Part shown: positions 9,889 to 19,364 of the stretch, piece by piece
Layout: each line of letters opens with the position of its first letter
Position numbering within the stretch: position 1 is the stretch's first letter
NCBI RefSeq assembly: GCF_000018465.1
Contig: NC_010085.1
Span: forward strand, 1 to 32,000
Source of the DNA: Nitrosopumilus maritimus SCM1
Lineage (GTDB): Archaea; Thermoproteota; Nitrososphaeria; Nitrososphaerales; Nitrosopumilaceae
Length of the DNA: 32,000 bases
Direction of reading: 5' to 3'
Notes under the pieces: model-generated
Database searches by the model: none
Told to the model about the DNA's origin: nothing
What the model saw: the letters and a program-made list of their open reading frames with translations, nothing else
Translations under genes and position numbers: made by a program

Positions 9889-12030
9889 ATGAGTGAAATT
9901 ATTTTAAAAGTTGATGAAATTCCGCAACAACATGTTGGAAGAGGAAGAGCAATAATTGATCCTAAAATTATTGAAGATAACAAATGGAATACTGGCCAAA
10001 TCTTAGAATTAACATATAACAAAAAAACACATGTAAAACTTTGGCCAGGAAATCCTGAAGAATATGGTACAGGAATTATCAAAATTGATGGAATGGCAAG
10101 ACAAAACATTGGAGCAGGAATTGGTGATAAAATTTCTTTAAAATCCGTTGAAGCTGCAAACGCAGAACAGATTGTTTTGTCTCCTACTGAGAAAATATCT
10201 GCTGAAGGATTACAAGAATACATGACCTATAACTATCTTAATCATGTATTTACAACTGGAGATACATTATCTCTTAACACTCAGATGGGTGGACGAGTTC
10301 AATTCATTGTAACTAGCACAAAACCTTCAAAACCAGTAATTGTTACTGAAAATACAATTTTCAAACTTGGCACAATGACAAAATCAGTTGATGCTTCTGT
10401 TCCAAGAATAACATATGATGAACTAGGTGGTCTCAAAAACGAAGTCCAAAAAATTCGTGAGATGGTAGAATTACCAATGAGGCATCCAGAGCTATTTGAT
10501 AAAATTGGTGTAGAAGCTCCAAAAGGAGTTTTATTATATGGCCCTCCAGGTACAGGAAAAACTCTTCTTGCAAAGGCAGTAGCTGGTGAAACTAATGCCC
10601 ACTTTATCTCACTTAGTGGTCCTGAAATCATGGGCAAGTACTATGGTGAAAGTGAAGAAAAAATTAGAGAGATCTTCAATCAAGCTGAAGAGAATTCTCC
10701 AAGCATAATCTTCATTGATGAGATAGATTCCATTGCTCCAAAAAGAGACGAAGTTTCAGGAGAAGTTGAAAAGAGAATTGTTTCGCAACTTTTGACTTTG
10801 ATGGATGGAATGAAATCTAGAGGTAAAGTTGTAGTTATTGCAGCTACCAATAGACCAGACTCTATTGATCCTGCACTTAGAAGACCTGGAAGATTTGATA
10901 GAGAAATTGAAATTGGAATTCCTGATGATGAAGGAAGATTTGAAATTCTTTCAATCCACACACGTGGAATGCCGATAGATGAAAAGGTAGATCTCAAACA
11001 AATCTCAAAGACAACACATGGATTTGTTGGAGCTGACTTGGAAGTCTTGTCAAAAGAAGCTGCAATGAGATCACTGCGTAGAATTCTTCCTGAGATAGAT
11101 CTTGATGAAGATAAGATATCTGCAGAAATTCTACAAAAAATAGAGATAACAAGTGAAGACTTTAGAGATGCACTAAAAGAAGTCAGACCAAGTGCATTAC
11201 GTGAAGTCCAAGTACAGATTCCTAACGTAAGTTGGGATGATGTTGGTGGTCTTGATGAACTAAAAGAAGAATTACGTGAGGCAGTTGAATGGCCTATCAA
11301 ACACAAAGAAGCATTTGACTATGTTGATGTTGAAACACCAAAAGGAATCCTATTACATGGTCCACCTGGAACTGGTAAGACATTGATTGCAAAAGCTCTT
11401 GCAAAAATGACAGAGTCTAATTTTATCAGCATAAAGGGACCAGAATTACTCTCAAAATGGGTCGGCGAATCTGAAAAAGGAGTCAGAGAAATCTTCAGAA
11501 AAGCACGACAAGCAGCACCTTGTATAATCTTCTTAGATGAAGTAGATGCACTAGTACCCAGAAGAGGCAGTGGTGGTTCAGAATCACATGTAACAGAGAG
11601 TGTGGTATCTCAAATTCTAACTGAGATAGATGGACTAGAAGAACTACACAATGTGTTGATAGTTGGTGCAACAAATCGATTAGACATTGTAGATGATGCA
11701 CTGCTTAGACCTGGAAGATTTGATAGAATCATCGAAGTTCCAAATCCAGATGCAAAAGGAAGACGAAACATATTTGAGATTCATACAAAAAAGAAACCAC
11801 TTGCAAGTGATGTGGATATTGCAAAACTTGTAGAGTTGACTGATGGATTTAGTGGAGCTGAAATTGCAGCAGTTGCAAACAGAGCAGCAATAGCAGCTCT
11901 TAAAAAATATGTTAGCGGCAAAGCACAAAATGTCAAAGACATCAAGATATCTCAACAAGAACTAGTTGATGCAATTGACAAGGTAAAGCCTCGCAAAAAA
12001 GAGATTCCACTTGCTCAGTCCATAAAATAG
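9889..12030 (+). CDS. cdc48: CDC48/VCP-like AAA+ ATPase with two AAA domains
   Basis: 713 aa; N-domain, D1 'GVLLYGPPGTGKTLLAKAVAGET', D2 'GILLHGPPGTGKTLIAKALAKMT', duplicated Walker B/SRH 'RPGRFDREIEI', 'RPGRFDRIIEV'. Confidence 0.97.
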   Translation: MSEIILKVDEIPQQHVGRGRAIIDPKIIEDNKWNTGQILELTYNKKTHVKLWPGNPEEYGTGIIKIDGMARQNIGAGIGDKISLKSVEAANAEQIVLSPTEKISAEGLQEYMTYNYLNHVFTTGDTLSLNTQMGGRVQFIVTSTKPSKPVIVTENTIFKLGTMTKSVDASVPRITYDELGGLKNEVQKIREMVELPMRHPELFDKIGVEAPKGVLLYGPPGTGKTLLAKAVAGETNAHFISLSGPEIMGKYYGESEEKIREIFNQAEENSPSIIFIDEIDSIAPKRDEVSGEVEKRIVSQLLTLMDGMKSRGKVVVIAATNRPDSIDPALRRPGRFDREIEIGIPDDEGRFEILSIHTRGMPIDEKVDLKQISKTTHGFVGADLEVLSKEAAMRSLRRILPEIDLDEDKISAEILQKIEITSEDFRDALKEVRPSALREVQVQIPNVSWDDVGGLDELKEELREAVEWPIKHKEAFDYVDVETPKGILLHGPPGTGKTLIAKALAKMTESNFISIKGPELLSKWVGESEKGVREIFRKARQAAPCIIFLDEVDALVPRRGSGGSESHVTESVVSQILTEIDGLEELHNVLIVGATNRLDIVDDALLRPGRFDRIIEVPNPDAKGRRNIFEIHTKKKPLASDVDIAKLVELTDGFSGAEIAAVANRAAIAALKKYVSGKAQNVKDIKISQQELVDAIDKVKPRKKEIPLAQSIK

Positions 12031-12047
12031 TCTAAATACTAAGGAAA

Positions 12048-12278
12048 ATGAGACAAAACATGAAACTGTATCTTGACTTTGACCCCTGCCAAGAATGTAA
12101 TACTATGATGGCAGAACTTAGTAGCCCTGAGATGCTATTTGCTGATGAAAAGACACGAGCAGATGAATCTGCAAAGTTTCTCAGGCACTTGACATACAAT
12201 CACAACGAAGTAGTTCAAGCTGTTATGGATGATCTTCCAAAACAAAAAAGAGATCAAGAACCTGATTTCTACAAATAA
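12048..12278 (+). CDS. small conserved-looking hypothetical protein
   Basis: 76 aa ORF directly downstream of cdc48 with coding-like composition; start could be the internal ATG at 12060. Confidence 0.6.
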   Translation: MRQNMKLYLDFDPCQECNTMMAELSSPEMLFADEKTRADESAKFLRHLTYNHNEVVQAVMDDLPKQKRDQEPDFYK

Positions 12279-12339
12279 CTTTCTTTTTCATTCTTAACAA
12301 TCAATAATCATATTCATATACAAAATTGTCTTAAATTGT

Positions 12340-12783
12340 ATGGATAAAATGAAAATTAGTTTTTTATTTAGTTTAACTGTAATAGCTATTTTGATTAGCT
12401 TAACACCTTCATTTGCACAAGAAACTGAACAAGAACCAGAACCTCCAGGACTTCCTGAACCTTCTCCTGAACCTGAACCAATTCCATTACCTGAACCTGA
12501 ACCTGTTCCTGAACCATTTCCTGAAGAGACTGAATCAGAAAAAATCCAGAGACTAACTGAAGAAAATGAACAATTAAAGCAACAAAACAAAAACCTTCAA
12601 GGTCAAATATCTACTTTAAAGAATGAAAAATCAGGATTACAATCACAAATATCACAATTGAATGAAAGAATCAAAGACTTGGAAGAAATCACAATAGAAC
12701 AACTTCGTGTAATTATGGAATTGGTAAATAGACTAAAAGATGTATTTTATGAAAAAATAATTTCTCCTACATTCACCATGTAG
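12340..12783 (+). CDS. secreted Pro/Glu-rich coiled-coil protein
   Basis: Signal peptide-like N-terminus, 'EPEPPGLPEPSPEPEPIPLPEPEPVPEPFPEE' low-complexity, then heptad-like coiled coil. Confidence 0.75.
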   Translation: MDKMKISFLFSLTVIAILISLTPSFAQETEQEPEPPGLPEPSPEPEPIPLPEPEPVPEPFPEETESEKIQRLTEENEQLKQQNKNLQGQISTLKNEKSGLQSQISQLNERIKDLEEITIEQLRVIMELVNRLKDVFYEKIISPTFTM

Positions 12784-12799
12784 GATTTTTTTGGATTTT

Positions 12800-13720
12800 T
12801 TACTCATCAAGCTTTAGTATCTTCTTAATCAAAACAGTCCTGTTTCTTATTGTTACGTCACTGACTCCTGCTTCAACTGAGACTCTTTTTTGACTGACTC
12901 TCTCGCCATTCAGTACACATGAAATGTATAATGAAGCAGCCGCTTGTGCTACTGGGTGTTTTCCAGCAGTAATTCCTTCTTCTTCACAGCGTTTTAGTAT
13001 ATCAAATGCTCCTCGTTTTGTCGTTTCTTTCAAATTCATATTGTTTGAAATTTTGGAGATAAACGAGGCAGTGTCGTACTGATTAAGATTTAATCCAAGC
13101 TTTTTGATTATGGTTCTCAAATCTCGGGAAAGTATTCTTCTCTCAACATTACCAGCTTTTGCAATATCATCTAATGTTCTTGGAATATTATTTTCTCTAC
13201 ATGCTGCATACAACGAGGCTGAAATCAATGATGCCATAGTTCTTCCTCGTGTCAATTTTGCACTAACAATTTTTCTGTAGATATAGGCAGCATTTTCTAC
13301 CACATTATCTGGCACGCTTAACTTTGTCTTCATTGAATGAAGTAAAGTAAAGGCTTTGCTCAAAGTAGCAGTCTTTCTTGATTTGCTTCTTTGATCCCAT
13401 GTTCGAAGTCTATTGAATTCATATTTTGTTTTGCTTGGTAATGCATTTCCTGAAGAATCTTTATTGCTTCCAATTACAGTTGATAGTCCCTTGTCAAACA
13501 TCGTTAGAGATGTTGCAGGACCTGTTCTTGCTTGCTTCATAAAGTCTTCCTGAGTGTAACCGTTGTTTTCATATGATGCGTCAGCTAAGTTTTGCACTAG
13601 AATAAGACCGCAACCCCCACAAACAATTTCTCCTCGTTCAGAATCTGTTATTGCAGGGTAGGTTTTGCAAGCGTCTAGTTTACACTTGACATCATAATCG
13701 TTTGAATAATTTTCTACCAC
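12800..13720 (-). CDS. tfb: transcription initiation factor IIB (TFB), divergent zinc ribbon
   Basis: 306 aa; Zn-ribbon-like 'CKLDAC...CGGC', B-reader-like region, two cyclin-like repeats ('AAYIYRK', 'ASLYAACRENNIPRTLDDI', 'AAASLYISC'). Confidence 0.93.
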   Translation of the reverse strand: MVENYSNDYDVKCKLDACKTYPAITDSERGEIVCGGCGLILVQNLADASYENNGYTQEDFMKQARTGPATSLTMFDKGLSTVIGSNKDSSGNALPSKTKYEFNRLRTWDQRSKSRKTATLSKAFTLLHSMKTKLSVPDNVVENAAYIYRKIVSAKLTRGRTMASLISASLYAACRENNIPRTLDDIAKAGNVERRILSRDLRTIIKKLGLNLNQYDTASFISKISNNMNLKETTKRGAFDILKRCEEEGITAGKHPVAQAAASLYISCVLNGERVSQKRVSVEAGVSDVTIRNRTVLIKKILKLDE

Positions 13721-13896
13721 TATTAACTATACTTAGTTAACATAAAATAAAAATAAATTGTTATAGGAAATTTTGTAATCAAAACTATACTTTACAAACA
13801 AAAAATTCCTAATCTTTTTAGAAAAATTTGTTTTACAAAACCAATACAACATACATTGTATTAAATGTTAAAAATGAAAAAAGAATTTTTAAAAAA

Positions 13897-14085
13897 TTAT
13901 TGCTTCATTGATTCTAAAGAATGTCCGCGATTTGTAAACATCTGAATTACTGCTTCTTTTGAATAATCAATTCCGTGTTTTTCTTCCATGTGAGATCTGA
14001 ATTTCTCAATTACTTCGTTTGCTTCACCAGTAATTTCAAGATCATCTTCAAATCCATAGTCGCTGACTTTTATTTTGAGGGTCAT
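13897..14085 (-). CDS. small hypothetical protein (62 aa from the internal ATG; track ORF extends to 14166)
   Basis: 'MTLKIKVSDYGFEDDLEITGEANEVIEKFRSHMEEKHGIDYSKEAVIQMFTNRGHSLESMKQ'; residues before Met28 of the track ORF look non-coding. Confidence 0.65.
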   Translation of the reverse strand: MTLKIKVSDYGFEDDLEITGEANEVIEKFRSHMEEKHGIDYSKEAVIQMFTNRGHSLESMKQ

Positions 14086-14211
14086 CTGCCATGGACAAAA
14101 AATCAAACCTATAAAAATCATAAACCTGCATTTCATCAAATGCGAAATTAGGCTTTTTGAACCCAAAATGTCTCAAATAGCACTAATAACGTCTGTTTCT
14201 ATGAACCAAAT

Positions 14212-14592
14212 ATGAAAGGATTAGAGTTTGTTTTTCTTGCAGCCGGATCAGTTCTTGGGGCTTTTCTAAGATACAAAATTACAGAATCTCCTTTGATTTT
14301 CAACACATTACCGCTAAACGTTTTGATAGTTAATGTAATTGGTGCATTCATTCTTGGTGTGTTTATTGTTCTATCACAACAATGGAATCTTGATGGAAGA
14401 TATTCTCTATTTGCCGCAATAGGATTTTGTGGTTCTCTAACAACAATGTCCTCATTTGCACTTGATTCTAGTAATCTACTAGAGAATAATCAATATGGTG
14501 CACTGGCAGCCAACATTATTGTCAATGTTGGCCTCTCTATTGGAGCTCTAATAGGAGGAAAATCCTTAATGAGTACGATAATATCTAACTGA
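14212..14592 (+). CDS. crcB: fluoride efflux channel CrcB/FluC
   Basis: 126 aa; 'GSVLGAFLRYKI', 'NVIGAFILGVF', 'AAIGFCGSLTTMSSFALD', 'NIIVNVGLSIGALIGG' hallmark CrcB segments. Confidence 0.92.
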   Translation: MKGLEFVFLAAGSVLGAFLRYKITESPLIFNTLPLNVLIVNVIGAFILGVFIVLSQQWNLDGRYSLFAAIGFCGSLTTMSSFALDSSNLLENNQYGALAANIIVNVGLSIGALIGGKSLMSTIISN

Positions 14593-14598
14593 TTAGAA

Positions 14599-14826
14599 AT
14601 GGTCTACTCTTATCAGGTTGTAAAGTTTCAAACAATATCATTTGTACAAGGAACTCATTGGTCTCAATCTGTAGGTGATAAAGGAATACTATACAAATCA
14701 TTGAAAGATCCATTTTCAAAACTAATCGTTCAGACAAATGATTCGAAAAAATTATTCCGTGTACCAAAAGATAGAACTGTAATTGTTACAAATGATACAG
14801 TTCATTTTCTAGGCGAACTAGCCTAA
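14599..14826 (+). CDS. small hypothetical protein
   Basis: 75 aa ORF 6 nt downstream of crcB; stop codon directly abuts the convergent gene's stop. Confidence 0.55.
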   Translation: MVYSYQVVKFQTISFVQGTHWSQSVGDKGILYKSLKDPFSKLIVQTNDSKKLFRVPKDRTVIVTNDTVHFLGELA

Positions 14827-15099
14827 TCATATAAAGAATTGATCAACTTGATCTCTGTACTTTAGCGCAATCTTTCCAAAATCTGCAAAATCTTCAACAG
14901 TTGGATTTTTCATTCTCATTGCATACTGATTCACAAATACAGACAAAGCACTACCTATGATTAGATTGTAGACACCATCAGATACATTGTTTGAATATGG
15001 AAATGCAACTTTGATAAAAGGAAGATAAGATTCTGTTTGAGATATCATCAACTTGATATGTTTTTCAACAAAATCTTCAATGTCTGATGGTATTGCCAT
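14827..15099 (-). CDS. small hypothetical protein
   Basis: 90 aa ORF with coding-like composition filling the space between convergent and same-strand neighbours. Confidence 0.6.
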   Translation of the reverse strand: MAIPSDIEDFVEKHIKLMISQTESYLPFIKVAFPYSNNVSDGVYNLIIGSALSVFVNQYAMRMKNPTVEDFADFGKIALKYRDQVDQFFI

Positions 15100-15169
15100 G
15101 TTTATACTAGTATTGATTTCTTATAAGTAGATCTTTAACTGTAGGTACTATTTTCAAAATTGATAATAT

Positions 15170-15190
15170 TTTTAGAATTTGTTTCTAAAA
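15170..15190 (-). terminator. possible hairpin following the 15196-15426 gene
   Basis: Perfect 8-bp inverted repeat TTTTAGAA-TTTGT-TTCTAAAA, 5 nt past the minus-strand stop; AT-only stem so weak. Confidence 0.3.
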
Positions 15191-15195
15191 TTTTG

Positions 15196-15426
15196 TTAGT
15201 TCAATAATTGTTTTTTAATGACAATTTGAGATAGGTACTTTTCTTTTCCTTTTCTACTTCTAGGCAAACACCTTAGCTGTCTATTACAACATGGACAAGC
15301 CAACCCATCATATTCTACAAAAACTTCACAATAATTACATCTCTTTTGTCCTGCGGCATATCTTCCAATTTGTGATGGCTTTAATGCCTTGTACTCTTTG
15401 CATTTGCCAATACAATAAGTCATCAT
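15196..15426 (-). CDS. small zinc-ribbon-like hypothetical protein
   Basis: 76 aa with clustered Cys: 'CIGKCKEY...CNYCEVF...CPCCNRQLRC'. Confidence 0.7.
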   Translation of the reverse strand: MMTYCIGKCKEYKALKPSQIGRYAAGQKRCNYCEVFVEYDGLACPCCNRQLRCLPRSRKGKEKYLSQIVIKKQLLN

Positions 15427-15530
15427 TAGAGCCAGAAATTATTCAAAGATAAAAGATTTGGTTGCACTGCAACGCACTTTTTACATTTCTTCCAAATTGA
15501 ATTTATAATACTAGTCTCCATTTCTGGCTA

Positions 15531-15830
15531 TTGCATTATTTAGACGAAAAAGTATTTGGAAAAATTACTACAAAAGAGATCATAGGTGCTGAACCTCCTG
15601 AAATTCCTGACACTAAAGATATCTTAGAAAATGAACTTGCAACTCTAGTTTCAGAACTAGAATCACAATCAAAAGAGAATCTTGAGAAACTCTTAGAACA
15701 ACAGCAAGCTGCTGAAGCTCATGTAAATAGTAGACCTGGAGCTATGGCTCTATCTCAACCTAAAATTCAATTATTTACAAAGTATAGTCAGAAATACATT
15801 CAAAGTATCAAAGAAAAATTAGATTCTTAG
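15531..15830 (+). CDS. hypothetical protein (TTG start)
   Basis: 99 aa ORF, acidic/helical composition; TATA-like TTTATAAT about 30 nt upstream. Confidence 0.6.
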   Translation: MHYLDEKVFGKITTKEIIGAEPPEIPDTKDILENELATLVSELESQSKENLEKLLEQQQAAEAHVNSRPGAMALSQPKIQLFTKYSQKYIQSIKEKLDS

Positions 15831-16771
15831 ACTTTTTTCTTTCTGGTGCGTTTCTTTGGAGATGTCTTTCTTCTTACCAATAATGAAATGATTGCTCCAG
15901 CTGGAATTCCTATGATTGTTCCAAGGCTAACATAAGGTGCAATAAAGAAATCTCCTACCCAAATCCCACCATCAGTTGTTAATTCCATAAAGGTTCTAGG
16001 TCGTAATACCACTGAGACAGTTTGTGAATCTTCCTTCTCATCTCCAACATCATCAGTATATTGTACAATAATCTCAAATGGTAACTTGTATTCTGTATTT
16101 ACTTCTTCAGTTGGGGTAATGATCCGTGATGTGATTCCAACTGGAGTGTTTTTTTCAATTTTAGAAAATGAATGCATTGTCTCTCCTCTAAATTCAATAT
16201 CTTTCGGTGGAATGATTTTGATTCTAACATCGGTAATGTCAATATCTTTAGATATCACTTCAACTTCAATTGGAAATTCTGCATTTGCAAAAATTGATTC
16301 AGGCATTTTTGTGTGGATTGTAACATTTGGGTCTTCTTTTATTGTAATTGGAATCGCAATGTCGTGATAAAACGGATCTTGTGGTGTCTCGTTATTTGAA
16401 ACTAGAATCTGAGAATATTTTATGTTAAGAAAATGAATTCCTGGACTTGCATCATTTGTAATATTTAGACTGACATTTTCACCATATGAACCACCTTCAG
16501 TAAGTTTCTCAATTGTTACGCTGTTTGGTTCTACAATTAATCCTGGTACATCAGATAATGAAAATTCAAATGAAATATCTTGTTTTTCTTCCCATCCATT
16601 ATTTTTTATTAAAATTGAGATGATTCCTTCCCTACCGACTACTATTTCATCAGGATGAGTGATCTTAATATCCATTCCTCCCTCTAGATTCTGAACTAGA
16701 GTTTCTCCATGAATGTTAGGGATCATAAAGAACAATCCTACAAGAAAAGGTGCAATCCAGAACCGATTCAT
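15827..16771 (-). CDS. secreted, C-terminally membrane-anchored protein with NEW3/CARDB-like beta domains
   Basis: Signal peptide, 'REGIISILIKNNGWEEKQDISFEFS' Ig-like repeats, C-terminal TM followed by 'RRKTSPKKRTRKKKV'. Confidence 0.75.
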   Translation of the reverse strand: MNRFWIAPFLVGLFFMIPNIHGETLVQNLEGGMDIKITHPDEIVVGREGIISILIKNNGWEEKQDISFEFSLSDVPGLIVEPNSVTIEKLTEGGSYGENVSLNITNDASPGIHFLNIKYSQILVSNNETPQDPFYHDIAIPITIKEDPNVTIHTKMPESIFANAEFPIEVEVISKDIDITDVRIKIIPPKDIEFRGETMHSFSKIEKNTPVGITSRIITPTEEVNTEYKLPFEIIVQYTDDVGDEKEDSQTVSVVLRPRTFMELTTDGGIWVGDFFIAPYVSLGTIIGIPAGAIISLLVRRKTSPKKRTRKKKV

Positions 16772-16888
16772 GCTTTTTTATTATCACAACTGCATTATGA
16801 CTATTCTGGGCAATTACAGGCTCAAAAATCCCAAAAAATAACTTGTTGATTCATAAATACCACCAATCCTAGGATTCCAGAATCAATT

Positions 16889-17794
16889 ATGGTAAGTAAA
16901 ACAAAAGAACTCTGTCCAAGATGTGCACAGGGAAAATTAGTAACTGATAATGAATCTGGAGAAATGTTTTGCTCCAAATGTGGTTTTGTAATTACTGAAA
17001 AATTACAAGAGGCAGGTCCAGAATGGCGTTCTTTTACACAAGATGAACATGGAGATCGAGCAAGAGCAGGAGCTCCTACTTCATTAACAATGCATGATAT
17101 GGGTCTTGCAACAATTATCAATCCAGTAAACAAGGATGCATCTGGTAGACCACTTACAGCTTCAATGAAAAGTACCATTGAGAGATTAAGGACCTGGGAT
17201 AGTAGAAGTCAGGTTCATGAACCAGTTGACAGAAACTTTAGACAAGCATTTAGTGAATTAAACAGACTAAAAGATAAACTAGCAATTTCTGATGCAGTAA
17301 TTGAAAAGGCAGCTTACATTTACAGAAAAGCCCTTGACAAAGGACTTGTTAGAGGCCGTTCTATTTCAGCACTAATGGCATCAGCACTTTATGCTGCATG
17401 TCGTGATACTGAAACTCCAAGAAATCTCAAAGATGTAGAGCAAGCAGCAAATATCAAAAGAAAAGATATCGCAAGATGTTACAGATTACTCGTTAAAGAA
17501 CTTGATTTGAAGATGCCAGTTACAGATTCAATTCAATGTGTTGCAAGAATTGCAAGTAGAATTGGAATTGCAGAGAAAACAAAAAGATACGCAGTCAAAG
17601 TTCTCAAAAAAGCACAAGAAAATGAGGTTTCTGCAGGAAAAGATCCTATGGGATTAGCTGCTGCAGCATTATACCTATCATGTGTCAAAAATGGTGAGGA
17701 TAAGACTCAAAGAGACATTGCAGAGGCTGCAAATGTAACTGAAGTTACTATCAGAAACAGGTACAAAGGACTCAAAGAGTCACTTGAACTATAA
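16889..17794 (+). CDS. tfb: transcription initiation factor IIB (TFB), canonical zinc ribbon
   Basis: 301 aa; 'CPRCAQGKLVTDNESGEMFCSKCGFV', 'GPEWRSF', two cyclin-like repeats. Confidence 0.96.
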   Translation: MVSKTKELCPRCAQGKLVTDNESGEMFCSKCGFVITEKLQEAGPEWRSFTQDEHGDRARAGAPTSLTMHDMGLATIINPVNKDASGRPLTASMKSTIERLRTWDSRSQVHEPVDRNFRQAFSELNRLKDKLAISDAVIEKAAYIYRKALDKGLVRGRSISALMASALYAACRDTETPRNLKDVEQAANIKRKDIARCYRLLVKELDLKMPVTDSIQCVARIASRIGIAEKTKRYAVKVLKKAQENEVSAGKDPMGLAAAALYLSCVKNGEDKTQRDIAEAANVTEVTIRNRYKGLKESLEL

Positions 17795-19249
17795 TCATTC
17801 TTGAGAATTTACTTTTTTTACAAATCCACCTTCTTTTGACTCATCAACAATTTCTTCTGATTCATCATTAGATGTATCATCAGGATCTTCTGGCGGTTTT
17901 ACGAATCCACCCTTTACAGGTTCAGGTGGTGGAATATTTTTTGATCTTCCCATTCCAATTGTTGTAATAATTACAGACGATAAAATAATGAAAAATATTA
18001 TTTGTGGATATGCTTCAGCATTAGGCAGACCCATTGTTATTGGATATGTTGCAAGTACTGCAGCAGCTAACCCTCTAGGAATCATAGCATTTGTAACAGC
18101 TTTATCTAATTTGGAAAATCTTTTCGTTAATGTTATTCTTGCAACAATTCCTCTTCCAAAGAAAACAGCAATTGTAATCAAAATTCCAAATATCATGTAT
18201 TCTATTTGTCCAAAACTTGCCATCAATCCAACAAACACAAAGAAAAATGCTCTTACCAAAAATGTGAGTTGATTGTGAGTTGGGTCATCCATCTCAATTT
18301 TTGGAAGTTTGAATCTAAGAATACGCGCAAGATGATTCTTGTTTCCTAACATCAAACCAAATACTAGGGCAGTCAAAGCACCTGACTCTCCAAATGAGTT
18401 TGCCAAGAAGAATAATACAAACAAAATTCCTAATGTGAGCATATATCCATGTTGAGCGTTTCCAAGCTTTGTTGATACATACATCCAAGGGATTCCTACA
18501 CCAAATCCAAGAACAAGACCTACTACAACTGCTCTTCCAATAGTTTCTTGTAGTATTTGTAAATCAAATGTTCCTGCAAGTACTGCCTCAAATAGAATGA
18601 ATGCTACTATTGTAGCCAAAATATCAGTTAATGCTGATTCAAAACTAAGCATTGACTTTGTTTCATCTGAAATTTTGACATTTCTGACTAATCCAAATAC
18701 AATTGCAGAGCTACTTCCTCCTACGATAGACCCTAGCAGTATACTCTCTAACCAAAGCCATCCTAACGCATAATGAGCTGCAATTGAAATCATTGCAACT
18801 GACAAAATAAAACCCAGAATAGCTAACGTTGATGAAAAATGTGCTGTCCTTATCACATGTTTGATATCTAAATTCAATCCACCATCAAACATGATTATTA
18901 TCAGTGCAAGAGCTGCAAAGTATGGGACCACTTGAAGTACAGCTTCCGGTTGAATCAGACCAAGTACTGGACCTAAAATGACTCCTAAAACCATTAAAAA
19001 TGCGACATCAGGAATTCCTGTTCTTTTGAAAAACGCCTCACCTGCAACTCCAAGAAAGATAACTACTCCTGCCGCAAGTAAAATCACATGAGCTGGAGCA
19101 ATGAAACCGTCTTGAGAAGATAATGTTCCAACTGAATTCTCTATCTCTGTAAGTTTTTCAAAAATAAAACTTGAATCAAAATTAGATAATGGAATTTCAC
19201 CACTTTGCCCTCTGATCAAATTCAAAATAGACAAAATTATCGGATTCAT
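17795..19249 (-). CDS. cation/proton antiporter (CPA family)
   Basis: 484 aa with about 12 hydrophobic segments; 'VAFLMVLGVILGP', 'LIIIMFDGGLNLD', 'ALTDILATIVAFILFEAV', 'NAMIPRGLAAAVLA'. Confidence 0.88.
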   Translation of the reverse strand: MNPIILSILNLIRGQSGEIPLSNFDSSFIFEKLTEIENSVGTLSSQDGFIAPAHVILLAAGVVIFLGVAGEAFFKRTGIPDVAFLMVLGVILGPVLGLIQPEAVLQVVPYFAALALIIIMFDGGLNLDIKHVIRTAHFSSTLAILGFILSVAMISIAAHYALGWLWLESILLGSIVGGSSSAIVFGLVRNVKISDETKSMLSFESALTDILATIVAFILFEAVLAGTFDLQILQETIGRAVVVGLVLGFGVGIPWMYVSTKLGNAQHGYMLTLGILFVLFFLANSFGESGALTALVFGLMLGNKNHLARILRFKLPKIEMDDPTHNQLTFLVRAFFFVFVGLMASFGQIEYMIFGILITIAVFFGRGIVARITLTKRFSKLDKAVTNAMIPRGLAAAVLATYPITMGLPNAEAYPQIIFFIILSSVIITTIGMGRSKNIPPPEPVKGGFVKPPEDPDDTSNDESEEIVDESKEGGFVKKVNSQE

Positions 19250-19364
19250 TTATGACTGCATCTACATACCTTCGGATAAAAATTAAACTAGATTTAGTTG
19301 ATGATTTTAGGCTCAGTGGTGATTTTAGATACACATTAAATCAACCATAATGTAATTTTCTTAC

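Noticed and set aside
9870-12030. Antisense ORFs over cdc48 (9870-10223, 10299-10637, 10680-11306, 11495-11701, 11680-11958)
   Set aside because: They lie entirely opposite a strong two-domain AAA+ coding sequence and have no recognizable motifs, so they are shadow ORFs.
14086-14211. Possible fluoride riboswitch upstream of crcB, prompted by hairpin GCATTT-CATC-AAATGC (14128-14143) and a following T run
   Set aside because: The sequence does not show the crcB-motif core or its pseudoknot pairing pattern. The hairpin is short and AT-rich, so I do not call a riboswitch.
16822-17178. 118-aa minus ORF over the start of the canonical TFB
   Set aside because: Overlaps the conserved Zn-ribbon coding region and its Cys residues are reverse-complement artefacts.
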